From the NCBI RefSeq assembly GCF_002075285.3, contig NZ_CP021983.2:1560001-1592000 (forward strand): a stretch of 32,000 nucleotides of DNA, read 5' to 3'. The notes beneath the pieces are model-generated. The model did no database searches, was not told the origin of the DNA, and was given only the letters and a program-made list of their open reading frames with translations. Positions 8,522-17,420 of the stretch are shown here, piece by piece (within the stretch, counting starts at the first letter, position 1; the number at the start of each line of letters is the position of its first letter). This DNA is from Halomicronema hongdechloris C2206 (GTDB taxonomy: Bacteria; Cyanobacteriota; Cyanobacteriia; Phormidesmidales; Phormidesmidaceae). The translations under genes were made by a program, and so were the position numbers.

Positions 8522-11500
8522 CTAGGTATCCATGATCGCCTGACGGTCGAGCAAGAGCAGTTGTCGCAGGGAATCGGTATCGAGTTCGGTGAGCCATTGC
8601 TCGCCGGTGCCCACCACTTGTTCTGAGAGAGTTTGCTTCGACTCGATCATCTCGTGGATGCGTTCTTCCAGAGTGCCGGTGCAGACGAACTTATGGACTT
8701 GCACCGTCTGCGTCTGACCAATGCGAAAGACCCGGTCGGTGGCTTGGTTTTCTACTGCTGGGTTCCACCAACGGTCAAAGTGAAAGACGTGGTTGGCTCG
8801 GGTCAGGTTGAGCCCTACCCCGCCGGCTTTGAGGGAGAGAATGAATAAGCGGGGGGCATCGGGATCGTGCTGAAACCGATCGACCATGGCTTCCCGCTGA
8901 GCCTTGCTGGTGCTGCCGTAGAGAAACAGGGCTTCTTGGCCAAACTGGCGCTCTAGGTGGGTCCGCAGCTGTTTCCCCATTTCGGCAAATTGGGTGAAGA
9001 TGAGGGTCCGATCACCTGCGGAGATGACTTCTTCCAGCATTTCGTCAAGGCGTTGCAATTTCCCGGAGCGGGCCGGTTGAACCGGAGCAGACTCTTGCAG
9101 AAACTGGGCCGGATGGTTGCAAATCTGTTTCAGTTTCGTCAATAGGGCCAGGATGAGGCCATGGCGCTGGATGCCATCGGTTTCTTCCAGGGAGGCCATG
9201 GAGTCTTCCACCACCTGTTGATAGAGGGCGGCTTGTTCGGAGGAGAGACCGCAGAATACGGTCATTTCCTGCTTTTCGGGCAGATCGGCGATGATGCTGC
9301 GGTCGGTCTTGAGCCGCCGCAGAATGAAGGGTCGCACTAGCGATCGCAAGGTGCTGAGGGAAGCGGTATCGCCGTAGCGCTCGATGGGAGTAGCAAAACG
9401 CCGTTGGAAGAAATTGCGAGGCCCCAAATAGCCAGGGTTGAGAAAATCCATGATCGACCACAGCTCCGCCAGCCGATTTTCCACCGGGGTACCGGTCAGG
9501 GCAATGCGAAATTGGGCCTCTAGTTCTCGCACGGCCTTGGATTGTTTGGCCTCGGGATTTTTAATGTTTTGGGCTTCATCTAGGACTAGGCCCTGCCACT
9601 CGACTCGCTTCAGATCTCGCAGATCTCGCTTCACCAGAGGGTAACTGGTGATCACCATTTGGACGGCCTTGGCTGCCTTGGTAAAGGCGGTGCCGTGGGG
9701 CCGCTTGTCGCCGTGGTAGACCAGGGTCTTGAGATCGGGAGCAAAGCGTTTGACCTCGCGTTCCCAGTTACCCAGCACCGAGGTGGGACAGACCAGCAGG
9801 GTAGGGGCCTCCAGTAGATCTTGCTGTCGCAGATAGAGTAAGAAGGCGATCAACTGAATGGTCTTCCCCAAGCCCATGTCATCGGCTAGGCAAGCCCCCA
9901 GGCCCCATTGCTCTAGAAAGGCCAGCCAGGAGATCCCCCAGGCCTGATAGGGACGCAGTTGCCCTTGAAAGCCTGCGGGTTCGGCGACGGGTTCTAGGGT
10001 TTGGTTGCCGGTGGTGAGGGTGTCAATCAGAGATTTCAGCGCACCGGAGGCTTCGAAGTCAACAACTGGCAGTTTATTGATGACCTGGGTGTCGCCAGTG
10101 CTGATGCGCAGGGCATCTTCCACCGAGAGGGGCAAATCTGCTTTAGACTGCTGCAGAAAGGTCTGGGCGGCCCGCACATCTTGGGGTCGTAGCTCTACCC
10201 AACGATCGTTGATCTGTACCAATGGGGATCCCTGGGTGATCAGATTCTCGAACTCCTGCTGGGAAAGGGTTTCCCCGGCAATGGATAACTCCCACTTGAA
10301 ATCCAGTAGGCTCTTTAAGCCCAACCGTTGCCGTTGCCGACGGGCCGGGGCCTGGGCTTGAATGCGTAGCCCCAAGCGACTATTGAGGCTGTCGCCGGAG
10401 TCGGTTAGGCCTGGAGGCAAGACGATGTTAAAGCCGTTGTCTTGCAGCACCCAAGCGGTGGATTTGATGAATTCGTAGGCCTGGATGGAGGTTAGGGAGC
10501 ACGCTGTGGGTTGCTGCTGCCCCAGACTGGCTCGAATCGGTTCGTAGAGGCGGGCAGCGCGACCGAGGCCCCTGAGTAGGAGTTCCTGGGGAGCTGTGAT
10601 GACTTCTCCTTGGTAATGGAGTCGGTCGACGGGACGGTGCCAGATCACCTCGGCCGGGAGATACCACTCGGCGTTGGTGGCTAGCTGCAGGCCATAGCTA
10701 AGCTGCCAGGGAGCTTCGCCGTTGGTCTGGCTGGGGGGAGTCAACCGAAAGCAGGGACGAAATCGGGCTGCCTGATGGGCCTGGGGACTTTGCAGAGGAG
10801 CCGTCCAGGTTTGTAGGGCATCCCGCAGCCGTGAGGCTCCTACTGGGTTGGCATCTAGCTGGCCATCTGGATGGGCTAGGGTGGCTAGCCATTCCTTGAC
10901 AGGCAGTTCTGGATCGACTAGGGAAGTGCTGGGCAGAGGATGGTCTTTTGCGATCGCACGCACCCGAGCATCCACCAACGTCTGCAGAAAGCTCATCAGC
11001 ACCGATTCAGGAGGGGGCGGCAACTCTACTTTGACCCCAACAGTATCCTGATCGCTCTCCAGCTGCTGGCTGCGACAGGCCAGCGGTAAGCGCTGGGAGA
11101 ACTGCCGCAACCGTTCCTGGTCGACAGCACTCTCTAGCACCAACTCCCAACAAGCAGCCATGGCTTGACTGGTAATCGTCACCGCTGGCAGAAACTTGCC
11201 CCGCCCCATCAAATCCAAGGCCCAACGGGCCACATGGGACCAATACCTCAGATCGCCGCCAATTGGTGACGCTTGGGCCAAAGAAGAACCAAGAGGGAGA
11301 CTCACCAAAAAGCTCATGGTCTCCTCTGGGGTCAACCACACCCCCGCTACCTGCCATGGATACAACACCGTATCGTCCTTTGGCGGATCCGCCGAATGAC
11401 GGGGCGAAAGCCCAGCATCATGGATATCTGTCGGCAATGCCATCACCGGGGTTATCCACCGATCCTGATGGGTCTTAGACCGACTAGATTTTCCCCGCTT

Positions 11501-11773
11501 CTGTTGTCGAGGTGACGACTTTTGATCTTGTTGGGTAGCCTGTTGGCGCAGGGTCTCCCAAACCGAAGCTGGTAGCATGACCGCATCCTCAGCAGCCTGT
11601 GCTTGGTCACTCCTACCCCAGCTCTCTAACAGGGTCAGGAGCTCTAGAGCCGTCATGGCCAGAGGATGGGGGGAGGCATCGGCATCAACCATAGCCTCAA
11701 CTCGCCGCCACGTTTCCCCCCAGATGCAGAAACGCTTCTGATCGGTCAACCAGCTACCGTGTAAAATCGCCAT
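8522..11773 (-). CDS. SNF2-family (Swi2/Snf2) DEAD/DEAH-box helicase with a long N-terminal extension
   Basis: An intact 1083-aa ORF. The C-terminal half carries SNF2 motifs (LADDMGLGKT, LVLDEAQNIKN, ALTGTPVENRL, a helicase C part LSLKAGGVGLNLTRANHVFHFDRWWNPAVENQATDRVFRIGQ). The N-terminal ~600 aa has no motif I can name. Confidence 0.9.
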   Translation of the reverse strand: MAILHGSWLTDQKRFCIWGETWRRVEAMVDADASPHPLAMTALELLTLLESWGRSDQAQAAEDAVMLPASVWETLRQQATQQDQKSSPRQQKRGKSSRSKTHQDRWITPVMALPTDIHDAGLSPRHSADPPKDDTVLYPWQVAGVWLTPEETMSFLVSLPLGSSLAQASPIGGDLRYWSHVARWALDLMGRGKFLPAVTITSQAMAACWELVLESAVDQERLRQFSQRLPLACRSQQLESDQDTVGVKVELPPPPESVLMSFLQTLVDARVRAIAKDHPLPSTSLVDPELPVKEWLATLAHPDGQLDANPVGASRLRDALQTWTAPLQSPQAHQAARFRPCFRLTPPSQTNGEAPWQLSYGLQLATNAEWYLPAEVIWHRPVDRLHYQGEVITAPQELLLRGLGRAARLYEPIRASLGQQQPTACSLTSIQAYEFIKSTAWVLQDNGFNIVLPPGLTDSGDSLNSRLGLRIQAQAPARRQRQRLGLKSLLDFKWELSIAGETLSQQEFENLITQGSPLVQINDRWVELRPQDVRAAQTFLQQSKADLPLSVEDALRISTGDTQVINKLPVVDFEASGALKSLIDTLTTGNQTLEPVAEPAGFQGQLRPYQAWGISWLAFLEQWGLGACLADDMGLGKTIQLIAFLLYLRQQDLLEAPTLLVCPTSVLGNWEREVKRFAPDLKTLVYHGDKRPHGTAFTKAAKAVQMVITSYPLVKRDLRDLKRVEWQGLVLDEAQNIKNPEAKQSKAVRELEAQFRIALTGTPVENRLAELWSIMDFLNPGYLGPRNFFQRRFATPIERYGDTASLSTLRSLVRPFILRRLKTDRSIIADLPEKQEMTVFCGLSSEQAALYQQVVEDSMASLEETDGIQRHGLILALLTKLKQICNHPAQFLQESAPVQPARSGKLQRLDEMLEEVISAGDRTLIFTQFAEMGKQLRTHLERQFGQEALFLYGSTSKAQREAMVDRFQHDPDAPRLFILSLKAGGVGLNLTRANHVFHFDRWWNPAVENQATDRVFRIGQTQTVQVHKFVCTGTLEERIHEMIESKQTLSEQVVGTGEQWLTELDTDSLRQLLLLDRQAIMDT

Positions 11774-11795
11774 TCAATCTCAACTGCTTACCGTC

Positions 11796-12353
11796 ATGCC
11801 ACTACACATTCCAATCCAGCGTCGCCTTAGGGACAGCACCCCTGTAGAATTAGATGCCATGGGGTCCCACGAAGCCCTCGCGGTGCAGGCAATGCTGAAT
11901 GCCATTATTGCCGTCGGCCAAACTTACCCTCAGGAACAGTCCCTCTCCTGGACTGACTTCACTCACTATTGGATGAAGGGACATGCTTTTGTGGTACGCC
12001 AATGCCAGGAAAACCCAATCAACACAGAGAAAACCCCAGAGATCATCGGTGCCTTTTATATCAAGCCCAACTTCCCCGGCCGTTGCAGTCACATCTGCAA
12101 TGCTGGGTTCATTGTACCGCCTGAGGTGCGGAGACGGGGGATTGGTCGCCTGATGGGAGAAGAAATGCTCGGCTTGGCTCGTCAACTGGGCTACCGGGCC
12201 GTCATGTTTAACCTGGTATTCGAGACCAACATCCCTTCTTTAAAGTTGTGGGACAGCCTCGGGTTTTCTCGCCTAGGTCAGATTCCCGAAGCTGTGCATC
12301 TCCCCGATGGCAGCTTTGTGGATGCGGTGATGTTCTATAAATCCCTGCTATAG
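11796..12353 (+). CDS. GNAT family N-acetyltransferase
   Basis: Contains an acetyl-CoA binding motif (IVPPEVRRRGIGRLMGEEMLGLARQLGYRAVMFNLV). The ATG is only 22 bp from the divergent SNF2 start. Confidence 0.85.
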   Translation: MPLHIPIQRRLRDSTPVELDAMGSHEALAVQAMLNAIIAVGQTYPQEQSLSWTDFTHYWMKGHAFVVRQCQENPINTEKTPEIIGAFYIKPNFPGRCSHICNAGFIVPPEVRRRGIGRLMGEEMLGLARQLGYRAVMFNLVFETNIPSLKLWDSLGFSRLGQIPEAVHLPDGSFVDAVMFYKSLL

Positions 12354-13148
12354 CTAGGGAGTGGGATACTCCACGATCACAGGAGCATGGTCACTAGGTT
12401 TCTCTAATTTACGCGGTTCGACATCAATGGTGCAGCTAATCGCCCGCTCGTATAGGGGATCGGAGAGATAGTGATGATCGATACGCCAGCCCAGGTTACG
12501 GCGAAAGGATGCGGCCCGATAATCCCACCAACTAAACTGGCCGGGCTCTGCAGTGAATTTGCGAAAGGCATCCTGCAGTCCAATCCCTAGCACCGTTTGC
12601 AGGGCCTGACGTTCGGCAGCAGAGGCCATGATATGATTGGCTTTATCACTGGCATCGTAGATATCTCGATCCTCTAGGGCAACATTAAAGTCACCACAGA
12701 CATTGAGGTTAGGGTACTCCGCTAATAGCTGCTGCAGATAATCCCGTAAGCAGTGCAGCCACCGCAGTTTGTAATCATACTTTTGACTGCCGACGCTGGC
12801 GCCATTGGGCACATAGAGATTGACGATACAAATATCCCCGATCACAGCGCTGATCACCCGCTTTTGGGCGTCGAGATCGCCCACTCGGTCCGCTGCCAAT
12901 ATCGCCGCAAAACCTTTCCGGACTCGCTGCAGCGGCACGCGGCTAATCATGGCAACCCCATTGTAGGCTTTCTGTCCGTAGACATGGGCCTGATAGCCGA
13001 TGTCTTCGAAGGCCTGCAGAGGAAAGTCTCCATCGATCACCTTGGTTTCCTGCAGACACAGCACATCAACGACATGGTCCTGTAGCCACTGGGTCACATG
13101 GGGTAGGCGAGTGCGAATGGAGTTGATATTCCAGGTGGCAACTTGCAT
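12354..13148 (-). CDS. xth: Exodeoxyribonuclease III (AP endonuclease, Xth family)
   Basis: MQVATWNINSIRTRLPHV...DVLCLQETKV...WDYR...RIDH...SDHAPV are the conserved ExoIII/APE1 blocks. I start the gene at ATG 13148, since homologues begin with M..ATWNxN. The ORF is open to 13178. Confidence 0.9.
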   Translation of the reverse strand: MQVATWNINSIRTRLPHVTQWLQDHVVDVLCLQETKVIDGDFPLQAFEDIGYQAHVYGQKAYNGVAMISRVPLQRVRKGFAAILAADRVGDLDAQKRVISAVIGDICIVNLYVPNGASVGSQKYDYKLRWLHCLRDYLQQLLAEYPNLNVCGDFNVALEDRDIYDASDKANHIMASAAERQALQTVLGIGLQDAFRKFTAEPGQFSWWDYRAASFRRNLGWRIDHHYLSDPLYERAISCTIDVEPRKLEKPSDHAPVIVEYPTP

Positions 13149-13267
13149 AGGATAGGGAAGAGTCGCGTCTCCTAGCATACAGCGATGAACAGAGAGATTC
13201 AGGAGAGGTTCGTCAGGAGGTTATGCCATGGGAAAATCGTCCGCCCCTCTGGAGGGCAAGGTGTTGG

Positions 13268-13420
13268 TCAAAGAGGTGTGTCGTCCTCAATGGCATCGTC
13301 GGCCACGGTGATCACCCAACGGCCGGTGGTATCGATATAGCCAAGGCGGTTGCCGAGGCGAACCATGGCCACGCCAGCGGTAAAGTCGGCGGCGGCGTCC
13401 ACGAGTAAGGAGGAGGGCAT
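13268..13420 (-). CDS. 50-aa ORF containing one WG-type (KWG-like) repeat; possibly a remnant
   Basis: My own translation is MPSSLLVDAAADFTAGVAMVRLGNRLGYIDTTGRWVITVADDAIEDDTPL. The F..G.A.V...GYID..G.WVI pattern resembles WG-containing repeats. The ORF falls below the length cut-off of the ORF track. Confidence 0.3.
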   Translation of the reverse strand: MPSSLLVDAAADFTAGVAMVRLGNRLGYIDTTGRWVITVADDAIEDDTPL

Positions 13421-13739
13421 GGAAGGATACACTCAATCCTGGCAAGTCCTATGAACTGTACCATGGTCCCCACTAGCAGCCTAAGTCTTCTGAAAAGGAG
13501 ATATCCCTTAGGAGTCGCTACCATCAACCTGGCTATTCATGGGTGTCTGCCTCTATTCGGTGAGATCATGATCCCAACACGGCGAAATCATTTGAGAGGA
13601 TGGTTGAAAAGGTAGCCTATCGGCAGCATAAGCCACTGGACTGAGGCAAAGACATCGAGGTTTCAGGGGTCTGGCATCTCTACCGAGATACTTTTGAGAC
13701 CCCGATCAGATGCTTTAAACGTTCTCTGAGGCCTAATCC

Positions 13740-14834
13740 ATGTCCCAGCAGGTTTTGATCTTAGGAGGGTGTGGTCGTATTGGCGGGGCCGTCGCCAAGG
13801 ACCTGCAGCAATACGCCGATGCCACCATTACTATCACGGGGCGACGGCCAGTGACACCAAGGACTAAGATGCCATGGCGGGTGTTAAGCCTGGATCTGGA
13901 CGACCATCAACAGTTACGAGAAACCATCGCCCAGCATGATCTTGTCATCCACTGTGCCGGCCCCTTCAGCTATCGCGACGATCGGGTACTGCTGGCCTGT
14001 ATAGACCAGGGAGTGCATTACCTAGATGTGGCCGACAATCCTGCCTATGTGCGGCAGGCCCTGAGCCATGGCCAGGCCGCTACCGCCGCTGGTGTCACTG
14101 CCATCGTGAGTACCGGCGTCTTTCCAGGGATTTCTAACGTCATGGTACGGCAGGGAGTCGAGTCCCTGGATCAGGCCGAGACAGCCCAACTCAGTTATAT
14201 AGTCGCCGGCTCCGGAGGAGCCGGAGTAACTGTGATGCGCACCACGTTTTTAGAGTTGCTGCACCCGATTCGGGCCTGGATCGATGGCCGCTGGCAATCT
14301 GTTGCCCCCTATAGCCAGCGACAACGGTTGGTATTCCCAGTTCCCTACGGCCCTTGCCATGTCTATTGGTTCAATACCATTGAGGCCATGACCCTACCGG
14401 AGTCATTTCCGCTGCGCACAGTCATCACTAAGTTCGGGTCCCAGCCCGACATCTACAACCATCTCACCTGGCTCACAGCCCGCTTGCCGAAAATCTGGCT
14501 ACGACGTCCCGGCATGGTGGAGTTTTTGGCTCAGACTAGCTATCGTATGACCGAGTGGAGCGATCGCCTCAGTGGCATTGGTATTGCCATGCGGGTAGAC
14601 ATTGAAGGGCAACGACAGGGAGAGCCAACTCGCTACACCGGCAGCTTTACCCATGACAGCACGGCAACGGCTGCTGGCCTGGGCACGGGCCTCGTCGCTC
14701 AGGCCCTGCTCTCTGGGGACTTACAGCAGCCAGGGGTATGGCCAGTGGAGTTGGCAGTGCCCACAACTTTACTGGAGCAGGGATTGGAACAGCGGGGCTT
14801 AGCAATTGGCCAGTCGTGGCAACGGCTAGGGTGA
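13740..14834 (+). CDS. Saccharopine dehydrogenase-like NAD(P)-binding oxidoreductase
   Basis: Has an N-terminal Rossmann motif (VLILGGCGRIGGAVAKDL), and its length and layout are typical of the saccharopine dehydrogenase family. Confidence 0.8.
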   Translation: MSQQVLILGGCGRIGGAVAKDLQQYADATITITGRRPVTPRTKMPWRVLSLDLDDHQQLRETIAQHDLVIHCAGPFSYRDDRVLLACIDQGVHYLDVADNPAYVRQALSHGQAATAAGVTAIVSTGVFPGISNVMVRQGVESLDQAETAQLSYIVAGSGGAGVTVMRTTFLELLHPIRAWIDGRWQSVAPYSQRQRLVFPVPYGPCHVYWFNTIEAMTLPESFPLRTVITKFGSQPDIYNHLTWLTARLPKIWLRRPGMVEFLAQTSYRMTEWSDRLSGIGIAMRVDIEGQRQGEPTRYTGSFTHDSTATAAGLGTGLVAQALLSGDLQQPGVWPVELAVPTTLLEQGLEQRGLAIGQSWQRLG

Positions 14835-14941
14835 GATCGATATCGTGGGCTAGATAACTTGGATAGAGCGTTTTGCTATTGCTGACTGTCTGGAGAATTG
14901 GCAAATCGTCTCTGACTCAGAGCCCAAGCTTAGGTCCAAGC

Positions 14942-14969
14942 TTAGTGGTCATCTGGCTAGCACTATACT
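14942..14969 (+). promoter_or_regulatory. Candidate sigma-70-type promoter for the 14995 gene
   Basis: TTAGTG (14942-14947), a 16-nt spacer, then TATACT (14964-14969), ending 26 nt before the ATG. It overlaps a direct repeat CCAAGCTTAG found at 14924-14933 and 14936-14945. Confidence 0.25.
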
Positions 14970-14994
14970 TTGGGCATCGGCTAGGGTAGGCGGG

Positions 14995-16026
14995 ATGAAT
15001 GACAACGGCAAGGCTCGAGAGGTCATTAACGACGGGCAAGGCTTGGAGACCCTGATTGCGACGGCTGCTCCTGTCCAACCCTTAACCATCGCTGGCACCT
15101 CGATTTTCCCTGGCAAACGACTCAAGATTGAGATTCCTGTGGCCCGGTTGCCGACGGGGACAACCCTATCGTTACCGGTTACTGTGATTCATGGCAAGGA
15201 GGCCGGCCCCTGTCTTTGGTTGAGTGCAGCCATCCATGGCGATGAACTGAATGGGGTAGAAATTATTCGTCGCCTGGTCAATCCCCTCAAGCCCAGTCAG
15301 TTACGGGGAACCTTGATCGCGGTACCGGTAGTTAATATTTTTGGCCTGCTAGAACAATCTCGCTATTTGCCCGATCGCCGGGATTTGAATCGCGCCTTTC
15401 CAGGATCTTTGCGGGGATCTTTGGCGGCTCGGTTAGCTGCATTATTGATGCGGGAGATCGTGGGGCACTGTCATCTGGGTATTGATCTTCACACCGCCGC
15501 GATTCACCGGATTAATTGGCCCCAAATTCGGGCTGACCTGGACGATCTCACCACCTATGCCCTAGCCAAAGCCTTCGGTGCCCCGATTTTGATTCACTCC
15601 GGAGTGCGGGACGGATCTCTACGTCAGGCCGCGGCCCAGCGTGGGATTCCGACCCTGTTGTATGAGGCGGGAGAAGCGCTACGATTTGATGAAATGGCGA
15701 TTCAACGGGGCATGGAGGGAATTCAACGGGTGATGATAACCCTGAAGATGTTGCAATTGGACGTGCCCAACTCGGTGCCAGTGCCCCTGGAAACTCGGAC
15801 GACTAAATGGATTCGCGCTAGCCGTGGGGGACTGTGGCATCGGGAGGTGCATTTAGGCCAGCGACTGATGCTGCGGCAGCGGTTAGGGTTTGTTGCTGAT
15901 GCCTTTGGAGATCACCGGGTGGAGATTCGTAGCCCAGTGGCAGGGATGGTGATCGGGCATAGCCAGAACCCATTGGTGCATCAGGGAGACGCCCTAGTAC
16001 ATGTGGCGCAATTGACCGATAGTTAG
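14995..16026 (+). CDS. Succinylglutamate desuccinylase/aspartoacylase (AstE/AspA, M14-like) family hydrolase
   Basis: Zinc-ligand pattern AAIHGDELNG ... LNRAFPG ... GIDLHTA, characteristic of this family. Confidence 0.85.
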   Translation: MNDNGKAREVINDGQGLETLIATAAPVQPLTIAGTSIFPGKRLKIEIPVARLPTGTTLSLPVTVIHGKEAGPCLWLSAAIHGDELNGVEIIRRLVNPLKPSQLRGTLIAVPVVNIFGLLEQSRYLPDRRDLNRAFPGSLRGSLAARLAALLMREIVGHCHLGIDLHTAAIHRINWPQIRADLDDLTTYALAKAFGAPILIHSGVRDGSLRQAAAQRGIPTLLYEAGEALRFDEMAIQRGMEGIQRVMITLKMLQLDVPNSVPVPLETRTTKWIRASRGGLWHREVHLGQRLMLRQRLGFVADAFGDHRVEIRSPVAGMVIGHSQNPLVHQGDALVHVAQLTDS

Positions 16027-16074
16027 TCCCTTGTTGCCCAAACTAGGACAATCTTGTACTGCTAGCTGTTGGGG

Positions 16075-16899
16075 TTAGAGCAATTGCCCATGTAAAACGG
16101 TCACGGCTTTACCGCTGATCTCGACGCGAGCGGGATGGTCCATGCTCACTGCTGTAACCTCTTGGCATCGTAGCTTCAACACACCGCCCCGAGCAGACGC
16201 CTGATAAGCCAATAGAGCTGACTTCTGCAATTGTCCCTGCCAGTAGGGCCCTAGAGTGCAGTGGGCTGATCCGGTAACTGGGTCTTCATCGATACCTACC
16301 TTAGGGGCGAAGTAGCGACTGATGAAGTCATAGGGCTGGGCATCGGCTTGGCTGGTCACAATCACCCCTTGTCGGGGTAGGGTCTTGAGCAGAGCATAGT
16401 CTGGTTGTAGGCTGCGTACCTGTTCCGCCTGGGGGAGTTCTATCAGGTAATTTGTCGGTGTTTGTCCCCCATATCGGGGAGTCACCTCATCTAGGTGGAG
16501 AGCCTGCCGCAGAGGAGCCGGTAGTTCAATGGCTTCTGAAGGTTGAGCTGGAAAGTTGAGGCTGATCCAACTTCCTGCTTGGGTTGCCGTCAGTAGACCA
16601 CTGCGGGTATGGAAGCGGGCTTCGCGGTTGGGGGCAAGGTGGCCTTCACTCCAGAGCACATGGGCACTGGCTAGGGTGGCGTGACCACAGAGAGCGACTT
16701 CTGCCGCTGGCGTAAACCAGCGCAGCTGGAAACCATCTGCAACCGGATGGAGAAATGCCGTCTCTGACAGATTCATCTCTGCGGCGACGGCCTGCATCCA
16801 ATCGACCTCAGCCGCTTCAGCTAGGACGCAGACGGCGGCTGGATTTCCTCGGAAGGGTTTATCGGTAAAGGCATCGACTTGGCTGATGGGGTAAGCCAT
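16075..16899 (-). CDS. PhzF-family isomerase-like protein
   Basis: The N-terminus MAYPISQVDAFTDKPFRGNPAAVCVL and the internal NLSETAF and GHATLASAH blocks are typical of PhzF/YddE. Confidence 0.9.
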   Translation of the reverse strand: MAYPISQVDAFTDKPFRGNPAAVCVLAEAAEVDWMQAVAAEMNLSETAFLHPVADGFQLRWFTPAAEVALCGHATLASAHVLWSEGHLAPNREARFHTRSGLLTATQAGSWISLNFPAQPSEAIELPAPLRQALHLDEVTPRYGGQTPTNYLIELPQAEQVRSLQPDYALLKTLPRQGVIVTSQADAQPYDFISRYFAPKVGIDEDPVTGSAHCTLGPYWQGQLQKSALLAYQASARGGVLKLRCQEVTAVSMDHPARVEISGKAVTVLHGQLL

Positions 16900-16943
16900 G
16901 GAGAGTTCCTTGCAATACTGTCGGTTGGGTTGGTGGCATCATC

Positions 16944-17255
16944 TTATCGCTGGTAATAGCGCTGTTCTAGCCAGCTCAGCACCTCCTGTTCGGTGGCGAA
17001 ACGATGATGGCGTTGGCTGACGGGGTCATAGACTTGCCAGTAGCCCGAGCCACTGCCGTGCTGACGATAGTGGATTCGAGGCTGATCACCAGCAGTCAAT
17101 CCTTTCAAGAGAGGGGCAAATATGCGGCTGAAGCTTGATTTAAGGGCCTGCTGGTACTGAGGATGACTGGTTCGGTGGGATGGATGCTGATGGTCGTAGT
17201 AGGGGGAGTTAGAGCCAATCATAGGAGTACCTGTTGCAATATCAACAGCTCCCAT
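16944..17255 (-). CDS. Small hypothetical protein (His/Gln-rich N-terminus; C-terminal YWQVYDP...EVLSWLEQRYY motif)
   Basis: A 103-aa ORF divergent from the MocR gene and co-oriented with the PhzF gene 45 nt downstream. I recall the C-terminal motif from other small cyanobacterial proteins, but I did not verify this. Confidence 0.55.
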   Translation of the reverse strand: MGAVDIATGTPMIGSNSPYYDHQHPSHRTSHPQYQQALKSSFSRIFAPLLKGLTAGDQPRIHYRQHGSGSGYWQVYDPVSQRHHRFATEQEVLSWLEQRYYQR

Positions 17256-17305
17256 GGTGGATTCTCTACTTCAGCAAGAGTAGGGGACAAAATCAGGAGT
17301 TTTAG

Positions 17306-17338
17306 CTAGAACAGTTTTAAAAAAGGTCACTGTTCTAG
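17306..17338. promoter_or_regulatory. Perfect 10-bp inverted repeat in the divergent intergenic region (candidate operator)
   Basis: CTAGAACAGT (17306-17315), a 13-nt A-rich spacer, then ACTGTTCTAG (17329-17338). It lies between the 16944-17255 gene and the MocR gene. Confidence 0.35.
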
Positions 17339-17420
17339 TCAAAATACCCAGGACTGTACTATCTGGATCCGATCAGTTCTCTTTACAGTGGGGGTATAGA
17401 CCCTTGCTCGGGATGTGGCG

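Noticed and set aside
9045-11515. Numerous 60-138-aa ORFs on both strands inside the SNF2 gene (for example 9045-9461, 10005-10361, 11007-11357, 11273-11515)
   Set aside because: These are shadow ORFs typical of GC-rich coding DNA. They have Arg/Pro/Ser/Gly-rich low-complexity translations and lie entirely within a well-supported 1083-aa gene.
12351-12356. The abutting convergent stop codons of the GNAT and xth genes (TAG directly followed by CTA) as a regulatory oddity
   Set aside because: The arrangement is real in the sequence, but tight convergent packing is common in compact bacterial genomes. No hairpin or other structure lies at the junction.
8522-13148. The SNF2 helicase as part of a defence system (DISARM/BREX-like)
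   Set aside because: No methyltransferase, PLD nuclease, DUF1998-type gene or other partner gene is adjacent. The neighbours are a GNAT acetyltransferase and a housekeeping exonuclease III.
13666-13703. A nested hairpin (GGGGTCT...AGACCCC) upstream of the saccharopine-dehydrogenase-like gene as a possible riboswitch or terminator
   Set aside because: It has no U-tract, no recognisable riboswitch consensus and no upstream same-strand gene to terminate. The evidence is too weak to call.
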